From contig NC_086097.1 of the NCBI RefSeq assembly GCF_963921235.1, forward strand, positions 53,818,001 to 53,882,000: a stretch of DNA of 64,000 nucleotides. Direction: 5' to 3'. The notes below the pieces were generated by a model that was not told the origin of the DNA, ran no database searches, and saw only the letters and a list, made by a program, of their open reading frames with translations. Positions 1-12,844 of this stretch are shown here, piece by piece (within the stretch, counting starts at the first letter, position 1; every line of letters begins with the position of its first letter). Origin of the DNA: Mobula hypostoma. Its lineage: Eukaryota. Position numbers and translations under genes: made by a program.

Positions 1-1804
1 TGAGTGATATTATCCTATGGATTCAAAGCACTGGATTGAAAGGTGGTTTCAATTTAAAGGTGGGCTGCACCCAGCACGTATTCTGACGATGTTGGTCGTT
101 GACACAAGTGGTACATTTCACTGTATGTTTTGATATACATATGACAAATAAAACTAATCTTTCATCTTTTAATCTTTAATTGACCTGGCCCAAGTTCAAT
201 TAAACTGAAGTACAAATGTCACTGTGCAACAACATTCTCAGCTTACCTACATTTGTACATAAGATGTGAATCAAAAGACAGCAATTGATCTGTCTTTTCA
301 ACCTTTAAAAATGCAAAATGTTTTATGAAGTTTTTGGAGAAGGACTATTTTTCCTTCATTATATATCACTTTGTCATTTGGCCTTCTCATCTGCCTCTTT
401 GCTGCATTCAAATTATTGAAAGTGATCCCAACAAACTCCAACTTTAATAAGTTTTGCCTCGTGGGATCAAAATTACACAGAATCTTTTTTCTGGAAACCA
501 CTACTGCCATGCTATGTATTGTACTTTTAAGAATTTGGGAACAGAAGAACTGAGATATTTACATATGCTGCTTCCCCTCTTCTCCAATTTGCTTTCTCAT
601 CCAGAAAAGATGAAAACACATGATTCACAGATCTCATCAGGCTTCCCAAATCTCTTCATAATAACTATTAATTCTCTGTGAGCTGCAAACACAAATGATA
701 TCTTAATATCCTCAAACGTGAGATGGCTTGAGTAGGAATGAGGACTGGGAACTTGGATGTTTACTTTAAGTGTTCCAAGCCCAGAAATAACTGTTCATCT
801 GATTCTCCCATATTGGTCCTGATAAGATAACTGACAATCCCAACCTCTACAGTTCACTTTATGTTGCTTGTCGAGTTATCTACATACTGTACTGTGTAAA
901 GAAGTCTATCCTGTTTCCTATCAAATAACAATGATTTTGGAAGTTCAGATTTCCCAGTTCTGCAGTTCCTTAGTTCATTGCTTTAGTAGACCACAGACTG
1001 GCTAAATATCCCTGAATTACAGACCTTCAGAACTCAACTATAACAAAAATTATTTACACAATCTTCTTTCTAAAAATGTATGCAATGTTTTAAACCAGAA
1101 TACTCTGTGTAATTTCTTTCTGGCTTATGAATAATGCCTACATTAGTCCATTCCTGTGGCATTGTAAACAAGGGTTAAGGACAGGGAAAGTGTTGGAAAC
1201 ATCTCCAAAGCAGTGATGACATTAAACAGTAAATATTGGAAAACATATTGTCATGGAAATTAAACATGGATTGAGTAAGTTTTCTAACTTAAATACAACA
1301 AAATATGCATTAGTTTTTCCTCATTATTAAACCACAATGGGGGAGGGGAGAGCGTTCAACCCACAGAAAGCACGTCACCACTCACTGCCAAAGTTGAACA
1401 ATTGCCACTGGACATCGGAGCACAGCTGACCAAGCATTGGTGAATTGTAAATAAATTGTAAGAGCACTCAAATATGCAAATTTATGCTGTGCCAGTTGCC
1501 GGCAAATAACAAAATGAAGCAGAAATAGGCATCAAAATTAACTAAAAATCATTAATAGAGAAGTGGCAGTGGGGATTTTAATAAACTACCACAAGAGCAA
1601 ATGTCACAACACTAAGCAGCAAAGGAGAAGCAATAGCACTAAATGAATAAATGAGCAATGGAAAGTTGAAGTTAATTAGTTAATGGAACCTTTGGAAGCC
1701 AAATCAACAAATATTTATGTGGGTAGCTATGAATCTGAACCACAGTCTCAAGAACCTGAGCATTAATCACGATGATATTTGATCAAAAACAAAATTCTAC
1801 TTAC

Positions 1805-1817
1805 CAGATTAATAGAA
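1805..1817 (-). CDS. Candidate 13-nt microexon of an unidentified host gene
   Basis: Minus strand reads ctctgtcattttttccttattttttgcatgtttacag|TTCTATTAATCTG|gtaagtag: long polypyrimidine tract, CAG acceptor, consensus GTAAGT donor. No homology recognised. Confidence 0.25.
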
Positions 1818-3129
1818 CTGTAAACATGCAAAAAATAAGGAAAAAATGACAGAGTGATTATTCACCCAACAATGTGCATTTTAGCGCAAATAAATATTAG
1901 CAATTGTGTAAAACAATATATCAACAAATGGAGAAAATGCTCATGGTATTCAGTGTTCAGTGCAGAACTAAAATCATAAAGTTGGGAGGCTTATGCTGGG
2001 TCAAATTGGAACAGTGCAGGAAGCCACATACGGATGGATCAGAGTGGGAGTTGGATGCGGACTTGGTGTCAGACTAAACAAAAGTGCTTGCAAAATCTTT
2101 GTTTTGTTTTTCCAACACAGAGGAGAAATAACAGGATTTGTTGAATATTTATAGTTCAAATATCACACTGTAATTGGGCTGCATCACCCTCACTCTGAAT
2201 CCTCTTGTTTCCTTTGCATTTGCACCTATCCTTGGCTCAGTGTGATTGATCCACCTGGAGTTCTGGATGCTACAGCTTGTGGACTGACCACAAATTGGAG
2301 TGGGGTCACTGGGAATGTCTTGGGCTTGAGCAGTGGCTCACGAGGGCTCAGCCTGAGGTCCTTTCAATTGCTTTTGTTGTCCAAGGCCCTTGAATTGTTC
2401 TTAAATGTCTCCAGTAATCAGGTACATTTTAAAACAAGAACACATAAATGATTTTATAAATATTATTGACATGCCCAGAAAAAAATATGAAAAATACTTG
2501 GAATACCTTAAATTCATAAAAATTAACTGAAACCATAAAGTAAATAACCTTTAGTCAAGACCTGTGACTCTGAATGGGGTCCAGTAGTGAAAGAAATGTC
2601 CCGAGCCAAGGGGCGGATCCTTCAGCTGGGTGTTCAGTGGTGCCACAGAACAAACCGCTTCTCACCTCTAACTTCCATGCTTCAATGTACAGACGCGGAA
2701 GTCAGATAACTTGACCTGTTCTCAAAATTAACCAGGGGTTCTCTACTGAACTTTCAGTTAAGGATCAATTTGTTCTATCCTGTTAGCTTCAAGTTCAAAT
2801 TTAAGCTTTTTGTCATTCAGCCGTATACATGTATACGTCCAAATGAAACAGCGCTCCTCTGAACCAAAGTGCACAGCACAGTACATATAGGTACATGATG
2901 TGATTAGTCTGCTCTGCTTAATTACAAAAATGCAAGATCAAGCACTTTACATTAAGAGGGAGAGCACAAAGTTTCATGAATAATTAAAAACTGACTTCAG
3001 AAATCCATTACCAAATGTATCAGCTTTCTTGCTCCCTGGATTATCATTCCTTTATACTTTTTAAATAAAAATTTACTGATAATTTAAACGTGTAAAATTA
3101 TCTGAATTTGAAAAAGAATCTAGTGACAA

Positions 3130-3310
3130 CGGAAACCTGATTGGATGAAGACTAACCAATCAGGAGGGATATACCACCAGATGAGACATGCCCAAGCATC
3201 ATCCCTGATGAGATGGCAGAGTTTAGCACCGAACCATTGATTAAACTTGATACCTATACCTGGTTGGCAACCCAAGAAGAGTTTATTCATTATCTGAATT
3301 TGCTTGGAAA
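3130..3310 (+). mobile_element. Degenerate terminus of a second Penelope-like family with a decayed hammerhead-like motif
   Basis: ccCTGATGAgatggcagagtttagcaccGAAccattg at ~3203-3240 resembles a CUGAUGA...GAAA core, followed by a PLE-like end (cccaagaagagtttattcat). Confidence 0.35.
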
Positions 3311-4174
3311 ATGAAACAGCACTTTGAGGCCGGAAAATGACAAACCATAATTTGAAATAGAAGGAGATTTAACAGCATAGGGTTCAACAAAACACTTCCA
3401 CGTTTACGTTTTAAAACCTTATGTGTGAGGCATAGAAGGATATGGTCCTGGTGCAGGTGAGAAATGAAGGTTAGCACAGATGTGTTGGGTCGAAGGGCCC
3501 ATTTCTTCATGGACAACGACACTAAATTACCATCAGCAACAGGGATTAACATTGCAGTGGGGGATATCAGAGCACCTGAGACCAGACTGAGCAGGAGAAA
3601 TGACTGTGTGCCTTTTTTATCAATCAGATTTAAATATATTGTAATTAACAATGCAGTAATTGATGTGCAGAGTGAAAGCCTACAATATAAAATGAGATGT
3701 ATAAAAAGGTATAAGTAGAGGGAAAGGATTGAATTATGAACAGGAGAAAGTAGCTTAAAGGAAAGAGATTTTGAAAATATAAAATGTTGCTTTTTAATTC
3801 ACTGGCATTAGGTAAAAACTGAAGGGCTCAGTACTTGAATTTTTTGTCTGTATCAGAGAAATTCATTGGGAATGATTTACATTCCTCACATCATTGAAAG
3901 GATGTATCGATTGTATGGGACAACATTCCTATTACTGTGGAGTATTTAGATTTCTAACAACACAATGCTTTTCAGTGGCAAAACACCAGATTTACCTTGG
4001 CTTTCAAGATCAAATCCTGCATCAACCTGCATATAAAACCATTTACAGTAAATAATAGAACAATGAAGGACTTCTGTGACGGCATAGGGTGAGAAGTACA
4101 AGCTGAAAATGCAGTAAGAGGTGGTAGTGTGCTTGAGCAGGTTGCTGGAGTGTGGCTGCCTGTTACCTTCTGCT

Positions 4175-4426
4175 ATTTATTTATTACTGGGACAGAGCGG
4201 AATAGGCCCTTCCAGCCCTTCAAGTCACGCTGCCCAGCAATCTGAGCCTAATCACGGGACAACTTACAACGACCAATTAACCTTCCAACCCATACATCTT
4301 TGGACTGTGGGAGGAAATCGGAGCACCCGGAGCAAACCCACACAGTCACAGTGAAAAGATTTACAGGCAGTGGAGGGAATTGAACCCAGGTCGCTGGTAC
4401 TGTAAAGCATTGTGCTAACCACTGTT
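4175..4426 (-). mobile_element. HE1/V-SINE-type tRNA-derived SINE
   Basis: Minus strand has a tRNA-like head (gtggttagcacaatgctttacagtaccagcgacctgggttcaattcc), a V-SINE core (ccgggtgctccgatttcctcccacagtccaaagatgt) and a CR1-like tail (gaagggcctattccgctctgt...aataaataaat). Confidence 0.85.
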
Positions 4427-5504
4427 AGCTCTGGAGATTTCAAAGTACAGGGTGGCTTTCAGCTGTAATTCTGGCTTCAGAACAGATACAAAGGACCTAC
4501 AACATAACAACTGATAAATTTGTGATGTTATTGTCACATATGTAAAATTTTCATCTCTTTTGTTGTGTACAACCCAATATTCTGAACTACTTTTATCCAA
4601 CCAAACAGACAGCAGATCAAAGCACTTGAAGTCACTTTTGTTCATTTGTTATCCAATTGCTTCACAATCTCTTTAATTTTTCCTTGGGAATTTCTCTTGT
4701 CATTCATGGTTGAGTGTTTTTCATAAGTTCTTAACATCTTCCAGCTGCTTTTTTTTTTGCTTCACATTCGACCATCACAAGCTTTTCTCTTCATTTAAAT
4801 GGGGGAAAAAAGGAAAATACAACCAGTGGGCATTTTACTTGCAGGCAGTACAGACAATTGGTATTCCTTCATCATCACTTGGTCTCTAGCCTAAATTGCC
4901 TGCTCAACACCAGAAGGGTCAGGCATTTCAAGGGGGCTTGCAACCATCTTTTCAAGGGAAAAATTAGGGAACAACAAATGTTGACTTTGTTAGTGCTCAT
5001 ACTAAGGAATTACAAATTTTATGTTTTGCTACATTAAGGGCTCTGAGTGATTATAATAGATGAGTTGTACATGTTCATTTGCACAGTTACCCATTGCCTG
5101 TTTCAGCCCAGTGGACTATTCCCAATAATCATGCCACTTTCAGTAACCACACTGGACCTTCCTCGTCAGAGGTCCACGCTGGTTTAAACCTGTATCAGGA
5201 AGTCACCACTGGGGACACCACACTGATGAAGGGCTGGAGTGTAGCTAAGACTTGCTGCATATAGAAATACTTTTTAATTAATACACAGTATGTAGTTGTT
5301 TAGATGCCTTGATAACATTGCAATTGCATAGATTAATTGTGCATCAATCACCAACATTAAAGCAGCCGTCTATCCAAAAGAATGCCATCCACTTCAATTT
5401 CTGCTATTGTAACAATCACATTTTTTAATATTAACATAACTACAACTACAATGCTTTGATTTGTGGAATCAATGAAGCAACATTTCAGACTTTGCTATCA
5501 AGTT

Positions 5505-5787
5505 TGGGGTAACTGGTCTGTGTCTTTGCTATCGCTTAGCTCACACTTGTGCTCAGGAGCAGGTGCATTTTCTGTTTTGCCGGTGGGGCGAGGGGGATCA
5601 TAGCTTGCTGCCGCTTACGCAGGGGAGGGGGGAGCTGGGGGGGAGGACTTTGGGGTTCTCACGTTTAACTGTCATTCATTCTTTGGGGCACTTTTCTGTT
5701 TTCGTGTATGTTTGCAAAGAAAAAGCATTTCAGGATGTATATTGTATACATTTCTCTGACATTAAGTTTGACCTTTGAACCTTTGAA
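5505..5787 (+). mobile_element. 3' part of a non-autonomous retroposon with a Rex1-type tail
   Basis: Ends in ...aaagcatttcaggatgtatattgtatacatttctctgacattaagtttgacctttgaacctttgaa, similar to the tails at 36840-36922 and 60820-60905. Confidence 0.6.
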
Positions 5788-6740
5788 GTTATTGACTGGT
5801 GTACAAAACAGGTCCTTCTTTGTTATGGGAAGTTAAGGGTTAATCTAAGTCATGTTCTTCAATCTAAGTTGATAAGCATTGCAGCAACATTACATAAATT
5901 CTAGTAGTTCTCAATGGGGTCATTCTGCAGAATTTTGTTTTGTTTTGGCACATGTATACTTTTAGAATAAATTATAGAGCCCTTAGTGTAGAAAAATGTG
6001 GCCACAAGATCTTGAAACCATTTACAATGTGCTATTTTCAAATTGATACCTTGATAAAAGAACAATGAAAGTGTTTGAAGCCAAAGTCACTCATCCTAAA
6101 AAGACCCAGACCTGATATGTTATTAAAGGGAATGCACAAAAAACTCATTCAGCCAAGCAAGAAAACCATCACAGTTAAATATGCCTCTTCCGCTCCCCTC
6201 AACAACAGCTGTACTTGCCCCGAACATTGGCACTGGTGGCACACAAGCAGAAAATACTGAAAATACTCAGTGGGCTGAGCAGCATCCTTGATAAAAGAAA
6301 AAAGTCCGACATTTCTGGTGACAGAACTAGTGGCACTAATGAATTGGGGTATAGGAATTTCTATGAAAATCACCAACAAAATATTGCACCCAGAATTCAA
6401 AAACTGAGATTTAAAAATTGAAGCTAATCTGCTTCATCTCTAACTGAACAGAAACAACAAAACAAACAGCAGCTATTCAATTCATAATTTTGAGATTTCT
6501 ATTGCCTGTGCTTATGCTTTCTCATTCTCCTCATTTCTGCTCATCCCACGTTCTACAAATCAAACCCAAATTAAGCTTTTCTTTGCCCTTCTATTCCCAG
6601 ACCAAATGGAGGAAAAATTGCAGACACAGAAAAGTACAAACTGTCATAATTGCATCTTTTCCATTATTTGTCCAATTGCAGGAATGTAACTTATCTGCAC
6701 AATGCACTTAAAAATCTCTGCTTGAAGTCTTTGTAAAGTA

Positions 6741-7253
6741 TAATCAGTGGCCACTTTATTAGGTACACCTGCTTGCTAATGCAAAAATCTAATCGGCCTA
6801 TCATTTGGCAGAAACTCAATGCATTAAGCATACAGACATGGTCAAGATGTTCAGTTGTTGTTCAGACCAAACATCAGAATGGGGAGGAAATGTGATTTAA
6901 GTGACTCTGACCATGGAATGATTGTGGGTGCCAGATGGGGTGGTTTGCGTTTCTCAGAAAATGCTGATCTTCTGGGATTTCATGCACAACAGTCTCTAGA
7001 GTTTATAGAGAATGGTGCAAAAAAAACGTTCTGTGAGTGGCAGTTCAGTGGACAAGAATGCTTCAGATGAGAATGGTCAGTCTAGTTCAAGCTTACAGGA
7101 AGGTGACACTAACTCAAATAACCATGTGTTACAACAATGGTGTGCAGAAGAGCATCTCTGAATGCACAACACATCAAACATCGAAGTGCATGAACTACAA
7201 GTGTAGAAGACCATGAACATACCTCCTCTACCTAATAAAGTGGCAACTGAGTG
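6741..7253 (+). mobile_element. Internally deleted Tc1-family DNA transposon
   Basis: TIRs tcagtggccactttattaggta / tacctaataaagtggcaactgagtg, followed by TA at 7254-7255. ORF 6855-7070 gives a Tc1 transposase N-terminus (MGRKCDLSDSDHGMIVGARWGGLRFSENADLLGF). Confidence 0.88.
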
Positions 7254-9109
7254 TAAATCATCAAAGTACAAAGTAAATCTATTGTCAAAGCACACTTATG
7301 TCACCATACACAACCCTGAGATTCAATTTCCTGTGGGCATTCTCAGTAAATCCAAGGACCATAATAAAATCAGTGAACATCCGCACCCAACAGTTCAGAC
7401 AAATGACCAATGTGTCAAAGACGACCAACTGTGTGAACCCAAACTAAATAAATAAATAAGCAATAAATATAGAGAAGAGTCTGGAAAGTGAATCCAAAGT
7501 ATGGTTCAGTGACGGGGCAACTGAAATTGAGTGAAGTTAACCGCATTGGTTCAAGAGCCTGATGGTTGAGGAGTAATAACTGCTCCTGAACCTGGTGGTG
7601 TGGGTCCTGAGGCTTCCGTACCTTCCTTATGGCAACAGTGAGAAGAGAGCATGATCTGAGCGGAGGGGGTCCATGATGCTTGGTGCTGCTTTCCCGTGAC
7701 AGCGCTCCATGTAGATGTAATCAATTGTGGGGAGGGCTTTACCCGTGATGGACTGGGAAGTATCTATTACTTTTTGTGGGATTTTACGTTCAAGAGCAGT
7801 GGTGTTTCCATACCTGACTGTGAAGCAACCAGTCAATATACTCACCACCACACATCTATAAATGTTTGTCAAAGTGTTAGATGTCACACCAAATCTTCAC
7901 AACTTCTAAGGAAGTAAAGGCACTGCCGTGCTTTCTTCATAATTGCACTTACGTGCTAAGCCCAGTACAGGTCCTCTGAAATAATAACACTGAGAAATTT
8001 CTAGTTGCTGACCCTCTACTCCTTTGTTCCACAGAACCAAATGGCTCATGGACCTCCTGAAGTCAATAATCAGCTCCTGGGTCTTGCTGACATTGAGTCA
8101 GAGGTTGCTGATGTTCCACCACTCAGGCAGATTTTCAATCTTTCTCCTATATGCTGATTCATCTCCACCTTTGATTTGGCCAGCGACAGTGGTGTCACCA
8201 GCAAACTTGAATATGGCATTGGAGCTGAGCTTAGCCACACAGTCATAAGTGTAAAGCGAGTAGAGCTGGGGGATAAGCACGCATCCCTGTGGTGCACCTG
8301 TGGTGATGGAGATTGTGGAGGAGATGTTGTTGCCAATCCAAACTGACTGTGGTCCGCCAGTGAGGAAATTGAGGATCCAACTTCACAAGGAGGTATTGAG
8401 GTCAAGGTCTTGGAGCTTATTGATTAGTTCTGAGGGGATGATGGCATTGAATGCTGATCTCTAGTTGATAAAGAGCATTCTGATGTATGCATCTTTGCTG
8501 TCCAGATGTTCCAGGGTTCAGTGAAGAGCCAATGAGGTGGGACCTGCTGTGGTCCTGTTGTTCCAGTAGGCAAATTGGAATGGATATAAGTCACTTCTCA
8601 GACAGGAGCTGATATGTTTCATTACCAACCTCTCAAAACAATTCTTCACAATGGATGTAGGTACAACTGGGTGATAGTCATTGTGTCAGTTTACAATGTT
8701 CTTCTTATGATTGAGACACGTGGGTATCTCCGAGCACCGAAGTGAAAAGTTAATGATCTCAGTGAACACTCCAGCCTGTCGATCAGCATAGGTGTTTAAT
8801 ACCCGGCCAAGTACCTCATCCGAGCCGGATGTTTTCCATCGGTTCACCCTCCTTAAGGATGCTCTCACGTTGACCTCAGAGACTGAAATCACAGGGTCAT
8901 CAGGTGCTTCACGAGGGTGCCTCCATGTTTTCAGGGTCAAAGCAGGCATTGAGCTTATCTGGAAACGCTGATTTCACTTTGTAAGAGGTGATAGTATAAA
9001 GCCCTGCCGCAGCTGTCAAAAATCCTTTATTGATTCAAGTTTAATCTGGAATTGTCACTTCGCCCCTGAGTTGGCTTTCCTGAGATCGTAGCTGGACCTT
9101 TTGTATCTT

Positions 9110-10055
9110 CCGCCACCTCCAACGGGATCCCACCACTAAGCACATCTTTCCCTCCCCCCCTCTCTCTGCATTCCGCAGGGATCACTCCCTACACAACTCC
9201 CTTGTCCATTCGTCCCCCCCATCCCTCCCCACTGATCTCCCTCCTGGCACTTATCCGTGTAAGCGGAACAAGTGCTACACATGCCCTTACACTTCCTCCC
9301 TTACCACCATTCAGGGCCCCAAACAGTCCTTCCAGGTGAGGCATCACTTCACCTGTGAGTCGACTGGGGTGATATACTGCGTCCGGTGCTCCCGATGTGG
9401 CCTTTTATATATTGGTGAGACCCGACGCAGACTGGGAGACCGCTTTGCTGAACATCTACGCTCTGTCCGCCAGAGAAAGCAGGATCTCCCAGTGGCCACA
9501 CATTTTAATTCCATATCCCATTCCCATTCTGACATGTCTATCCACGGCCTCCTCTACTGTAAAGATGAAACCACACTCAGGTTGGAGGAACAACACCCTA
9601 TATTCCGTCTGGGTAGCCTCCAACCTGATGGCATGAACATTGACTTCTCTAACTTCCGCTAGGCCCCACCTCCCCCTCGTACCCCAGCTGTTACTCCTTT
9701 TTATGCACACATTCTTTCTCTCACTCTCCTTTTTCTCCCTCTGTCCCTCTGAATATACCTCTTGCCCATCCTCTGGGTCACCCCCGCCCCCCGTCTTTCT
9801 CCCTAGGCCTCCTGTCCCATGATCCTCTCGTATCCCCTTTTGCCTATCACCTGTCCAGCTCTCGGCTCTATCCCTCCCCCTCCTGTCTTCTCCTATCATT
9901 TTGCATCTCCCCCTCCCCCTCCACCTTTCAAATCCCTTACTCACTCTTCCTTCAGTTAGTCCTGACGAAGGGTCTCGGCCTGAAACGTCGACTGCGCCTT
10001 TTCCTATAGATGCTGCTTGGCCTGCTGCGTTCACCAGCAACTTTGATGTATGTTG
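9110..10055 (+). mobile_element. 5'-truncated Penelope-like element (GIY-YIG endonuclease end plus terminal repeat)
   Basis: ORF 9336-9662 FTCESTGVIYCVRCSRCGLLYIGETRRRLGDRFAEH...GMNIDFSNFR is a GIY-YIG domain. Flanking direct repeat cttttgtatctt at 9098-9109 and 10056-10067. Confidence 0.93.
9958..9993 (+). ncRNA. Minimal type I hammerhead ribozyme motif of the PLE terminus
   Basis: agtc-CTGACGA-agggtctcggcct-GAAA-CGTC-gact: conserved CUGANGA and GAAA boxes, GUC triplet, helix I agtc/gact, loopless palindromic helix III (ACGT). Confidence 0.8.
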
Positions 10056-10722
10056 CTTTTGTATCTTACTTGGTTACCAGACCTGAGTGTCTTTGGTCTT
10101 GCCCTCAGCAGATTGTGCATCTCCTGGTTCATCCAGGGCTTCTGGTTGGGACACCTCGTCTACAACTGTTTTTATAAAGTCTGTGACAACCATGGTGTAT
10201 TCATTAAGTCCTTTATACTGCCCAGTCCACCGGCTCGAAGCAATCTTCCGCCTCCCGCAACCACCTCTTCATTGCCCTCATCACTGATGCCTTTTCCTTT
10301 ACCCTCCGCCTGTAGGCAGGTAAGAGGAGGACAGCTAAGTGATCAGATTTCCAGAAGTACAGTCTGGACATGGAGTGGTAGACATTCCTTACCGCAGTAT
10401 AGCAGTGTTCTAGAGCGTTGGGACTTCTGGTGCTACAGGTTATATGCTGATGGCAATTGGGCAGAGATTTCTTCTAACAAGCCTGGCTGAAGTTTCTGCC
10501 TATGATTTGAATCATCCTATTAAAACTAGTATTAAGCAACAACACGAACACACAAAGCTAATAAAATAAAGCAACAGTGCCGAAGAAAATAATGCTATTA
10601 AAGAGTCAAAATCGCAGGACCAGATAATTTTCATTCCTGTACTTTAGAGGTAATTGGTAAGAACATTAAAGATGTCTTGGCTTTCTGGTTCCAAAGCTCC
10701 CTTTATTCGTTCATACGTGATA

Positions 10723-11000
10723 GGGCACCATTGTAGTGTAGCAGCTAGTGCAACGCTATTACAGCTCGGGGCGTTGGAGTTCGAATTTTGTCTGTAAGGA
10801 GTTTGCAGGTTCTCCTTGTGACCACGCGAGCTCCTCTGGGTGCTCCGGTTTCCTGCCACAGTCCAAAGATAGACTAGTCTGTCGGTTAATTAGTCATTGT
10901 AAATTGTCCTGTGATTAGACAAGGGTTAAGTAGGTGGGGTGCTGGGCAGTGTGGCTCGTTTGGCTGGAAGGGCCTGTTTCGTGCTATATCTCTAAATAAA
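10723..11000 (+). mobile_element. HE1/V-SINE-type tRNA-derived SINE
   Basis: tRNA-like head with B box (ggagttcgaatt), V-SINE core (gggtgctccggtttcctgccacagtccaaagat), CR1-like tail gaagggcctgtttcgtgctatatctctaaataaa. Confidence 0.85.
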
Positions 11001-11089
11001 GTAAAGTGCTTATCACTTTGTTATTTAAGTAATGTGGGAGAGGGGAACCAGGAATTATAAACTATTTACTATAAATATCTGCCAATTAG

Positions 11090-11920
11090 AAATTACTGGA
11101 GTCTATAATTAAAGATGGTGTAACAAACGGCTGGATAATTTTCAGTTCATGAGGGAAGTCAGTATAGATTTGTAAAACACAGCTTCTGAAGAGGTAACCA
11201 AAATTATGCCCAGGAATATGAGTATGGGTGCTTTTTACATTGATAAAGGGATAACAAAAAAAACCCTTCATAATAGATTATTTGGGAAAATTAAGAACAA
11301 ATTATTTGATCTAGTTAGGAAACTGATGACGAGGCAGATCAGAGAGCAGGGATAATAGCAGGTGCTCAGATTGGCGAGATGTAATTATTGGGATCAAGAG
11401 TTTTTACTAGAGTCACAATCATTCAACATTTTTAATAAGCTTTGGCATTAAGAGATATAAAGAAAAATACTTGGAATTGAGTGAGAGTTCAGCCATAATC
11501 CCATGATAGTGTTGAGTTGTGGAACAGATGCTAAGTGGCCTATTCCAATTCCCAGACACACTATTAACAAAGGCATGTTGTCAAACCTACCCTGTTCTAC
11601 TACTCAAACGTCTTCTCATTAGCTTTCATAGATCATTCAAAAAGTCAACTCCATTCCTTAGAGAGGAATTGCATATAGGAATCATACTCCAGCTGTACAA
11701 AGGTCTAGCTAGGTACAAGTGAAATGCTGTGAGCAGTTCTGGGCATTACAAGTAGAAAGGGTTTATTTGTCATTCGGGGATTACAGCAAGGATTTACCAG
11801 AATGATACCTGGTTTCCAAGGTTAAACTTCAAAGAGAGATTATAGACACTGAGGTTGTATTCCTGGAGCTCTATGACTGAAATCTGATTTCTCAGATGGT
11901 TAAGCATGAAGGAAAGAATA
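11090..11920 (+). mobile_element. Highly degenerate CR1 LINE fragments
   Basis: Decayed ORF2 C-terminal sequence (ctccagctgtacaaaggtctagctagg...gtgagcagttctggg...ggatttaccagaatgatacctgg), no intact frame. Confidence 0.5.
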
Positions 11921-12844
11921 GAGAGAGATCACAGTATGAACTTGGATACTTGCACAAGGAGGCAGTGGAAAATGATGGCCATGTGATTTTTGGGCTTTGG
12001 TATTATTTAAATTTGCCTTGCATACTGCAATCAGCAGGCTAACCAAACCCTGAAAGTGAGGCTAGAGCTGATACCAGTAAGTCTTGGAGAAGGCCGGGAG
12101 GTGGGCAAAGAGTGGCAGCACTCAAATGATATTGGACTAGATTACTTGTCTACGTTCCAGAGGAGTAGCTATACATTGGCTAATAAGACTAGCAACCCGA
12201 TTTCCTGCACCACTGGTGCCTTAAATAACTACTATAACAGATGTATGAGTCTAGAAATTCATTCGTGCAGCTCTGGAAGTACTGAGCTGCTGAAAATTAG
12301 GGTTAACCTAGAATAGAACAAGTTTTGCACACATTTCTAGATGTATTAGTACCCTTCAGGAAATTAATTTCCTCAATTTCCATTAGGGTTTTGTGTCTCC
12401 AGCACATGTTTTTGGCATTAAAACTCACCCAAATGACATCAGCTGGTATGCAACACACAAATTCGTCTGTACTGGGACTTTCAACCTCACAGGTGTGAAT
12501 TATTGTTCCCTTTTACTCAGAGAACAACATGCTTTTCCTTACCTAGCTGCCCTTGAAACCATACTATTCAAATTGCCAACAGTCAAATGACATTCTATTG
12601 TCTTCACTGAGATCTATATTAGGTGCTTAAGATGGTGGAAAATCAAAATATGAAAAATTCAAACCTAGAGGATTTATTCATTCTAAACTACCAGGTATAA
12701 TGATAAAATTTTTTCCAGAGGTTAATTGTCATGAAGAATATGTTACTGTTCCATTCCTGCTTCCCACCATAAATGCAACAATTAGGCAAGTCAAATTTGC
12801 CAGTCCTCTCCAGTTAGTCATACAATAAACTCTGTTTAATTATA

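Larger units (their letters stand above)
7257..10520 (-). mobile_element. Degenerate Rex1/Babar LINE, interrupted by a Penelope insertion at 9110-10055
   Basis: Minus-strand ORF fragments with RT motifs ([69 protein letters not shown]). 3' tail (actttg)n at ~7260. Confidence 0.88.

Noticed and set aside
298..681. Cluster of 60-75-aa ORFs
   Set aside because: No recognisable domain or consistent splice signals; typical random ORFs.
9456..10040. 194-aa ORF MLVNAAGQAAS... and similar ORFs at 28083, 33282, 35358, 37743 and 61404
   Set aside because: Antisense reading of the PLE terminus and its purine/pyrimidine tract; lengths and frames differ between copies, so not a gene family.
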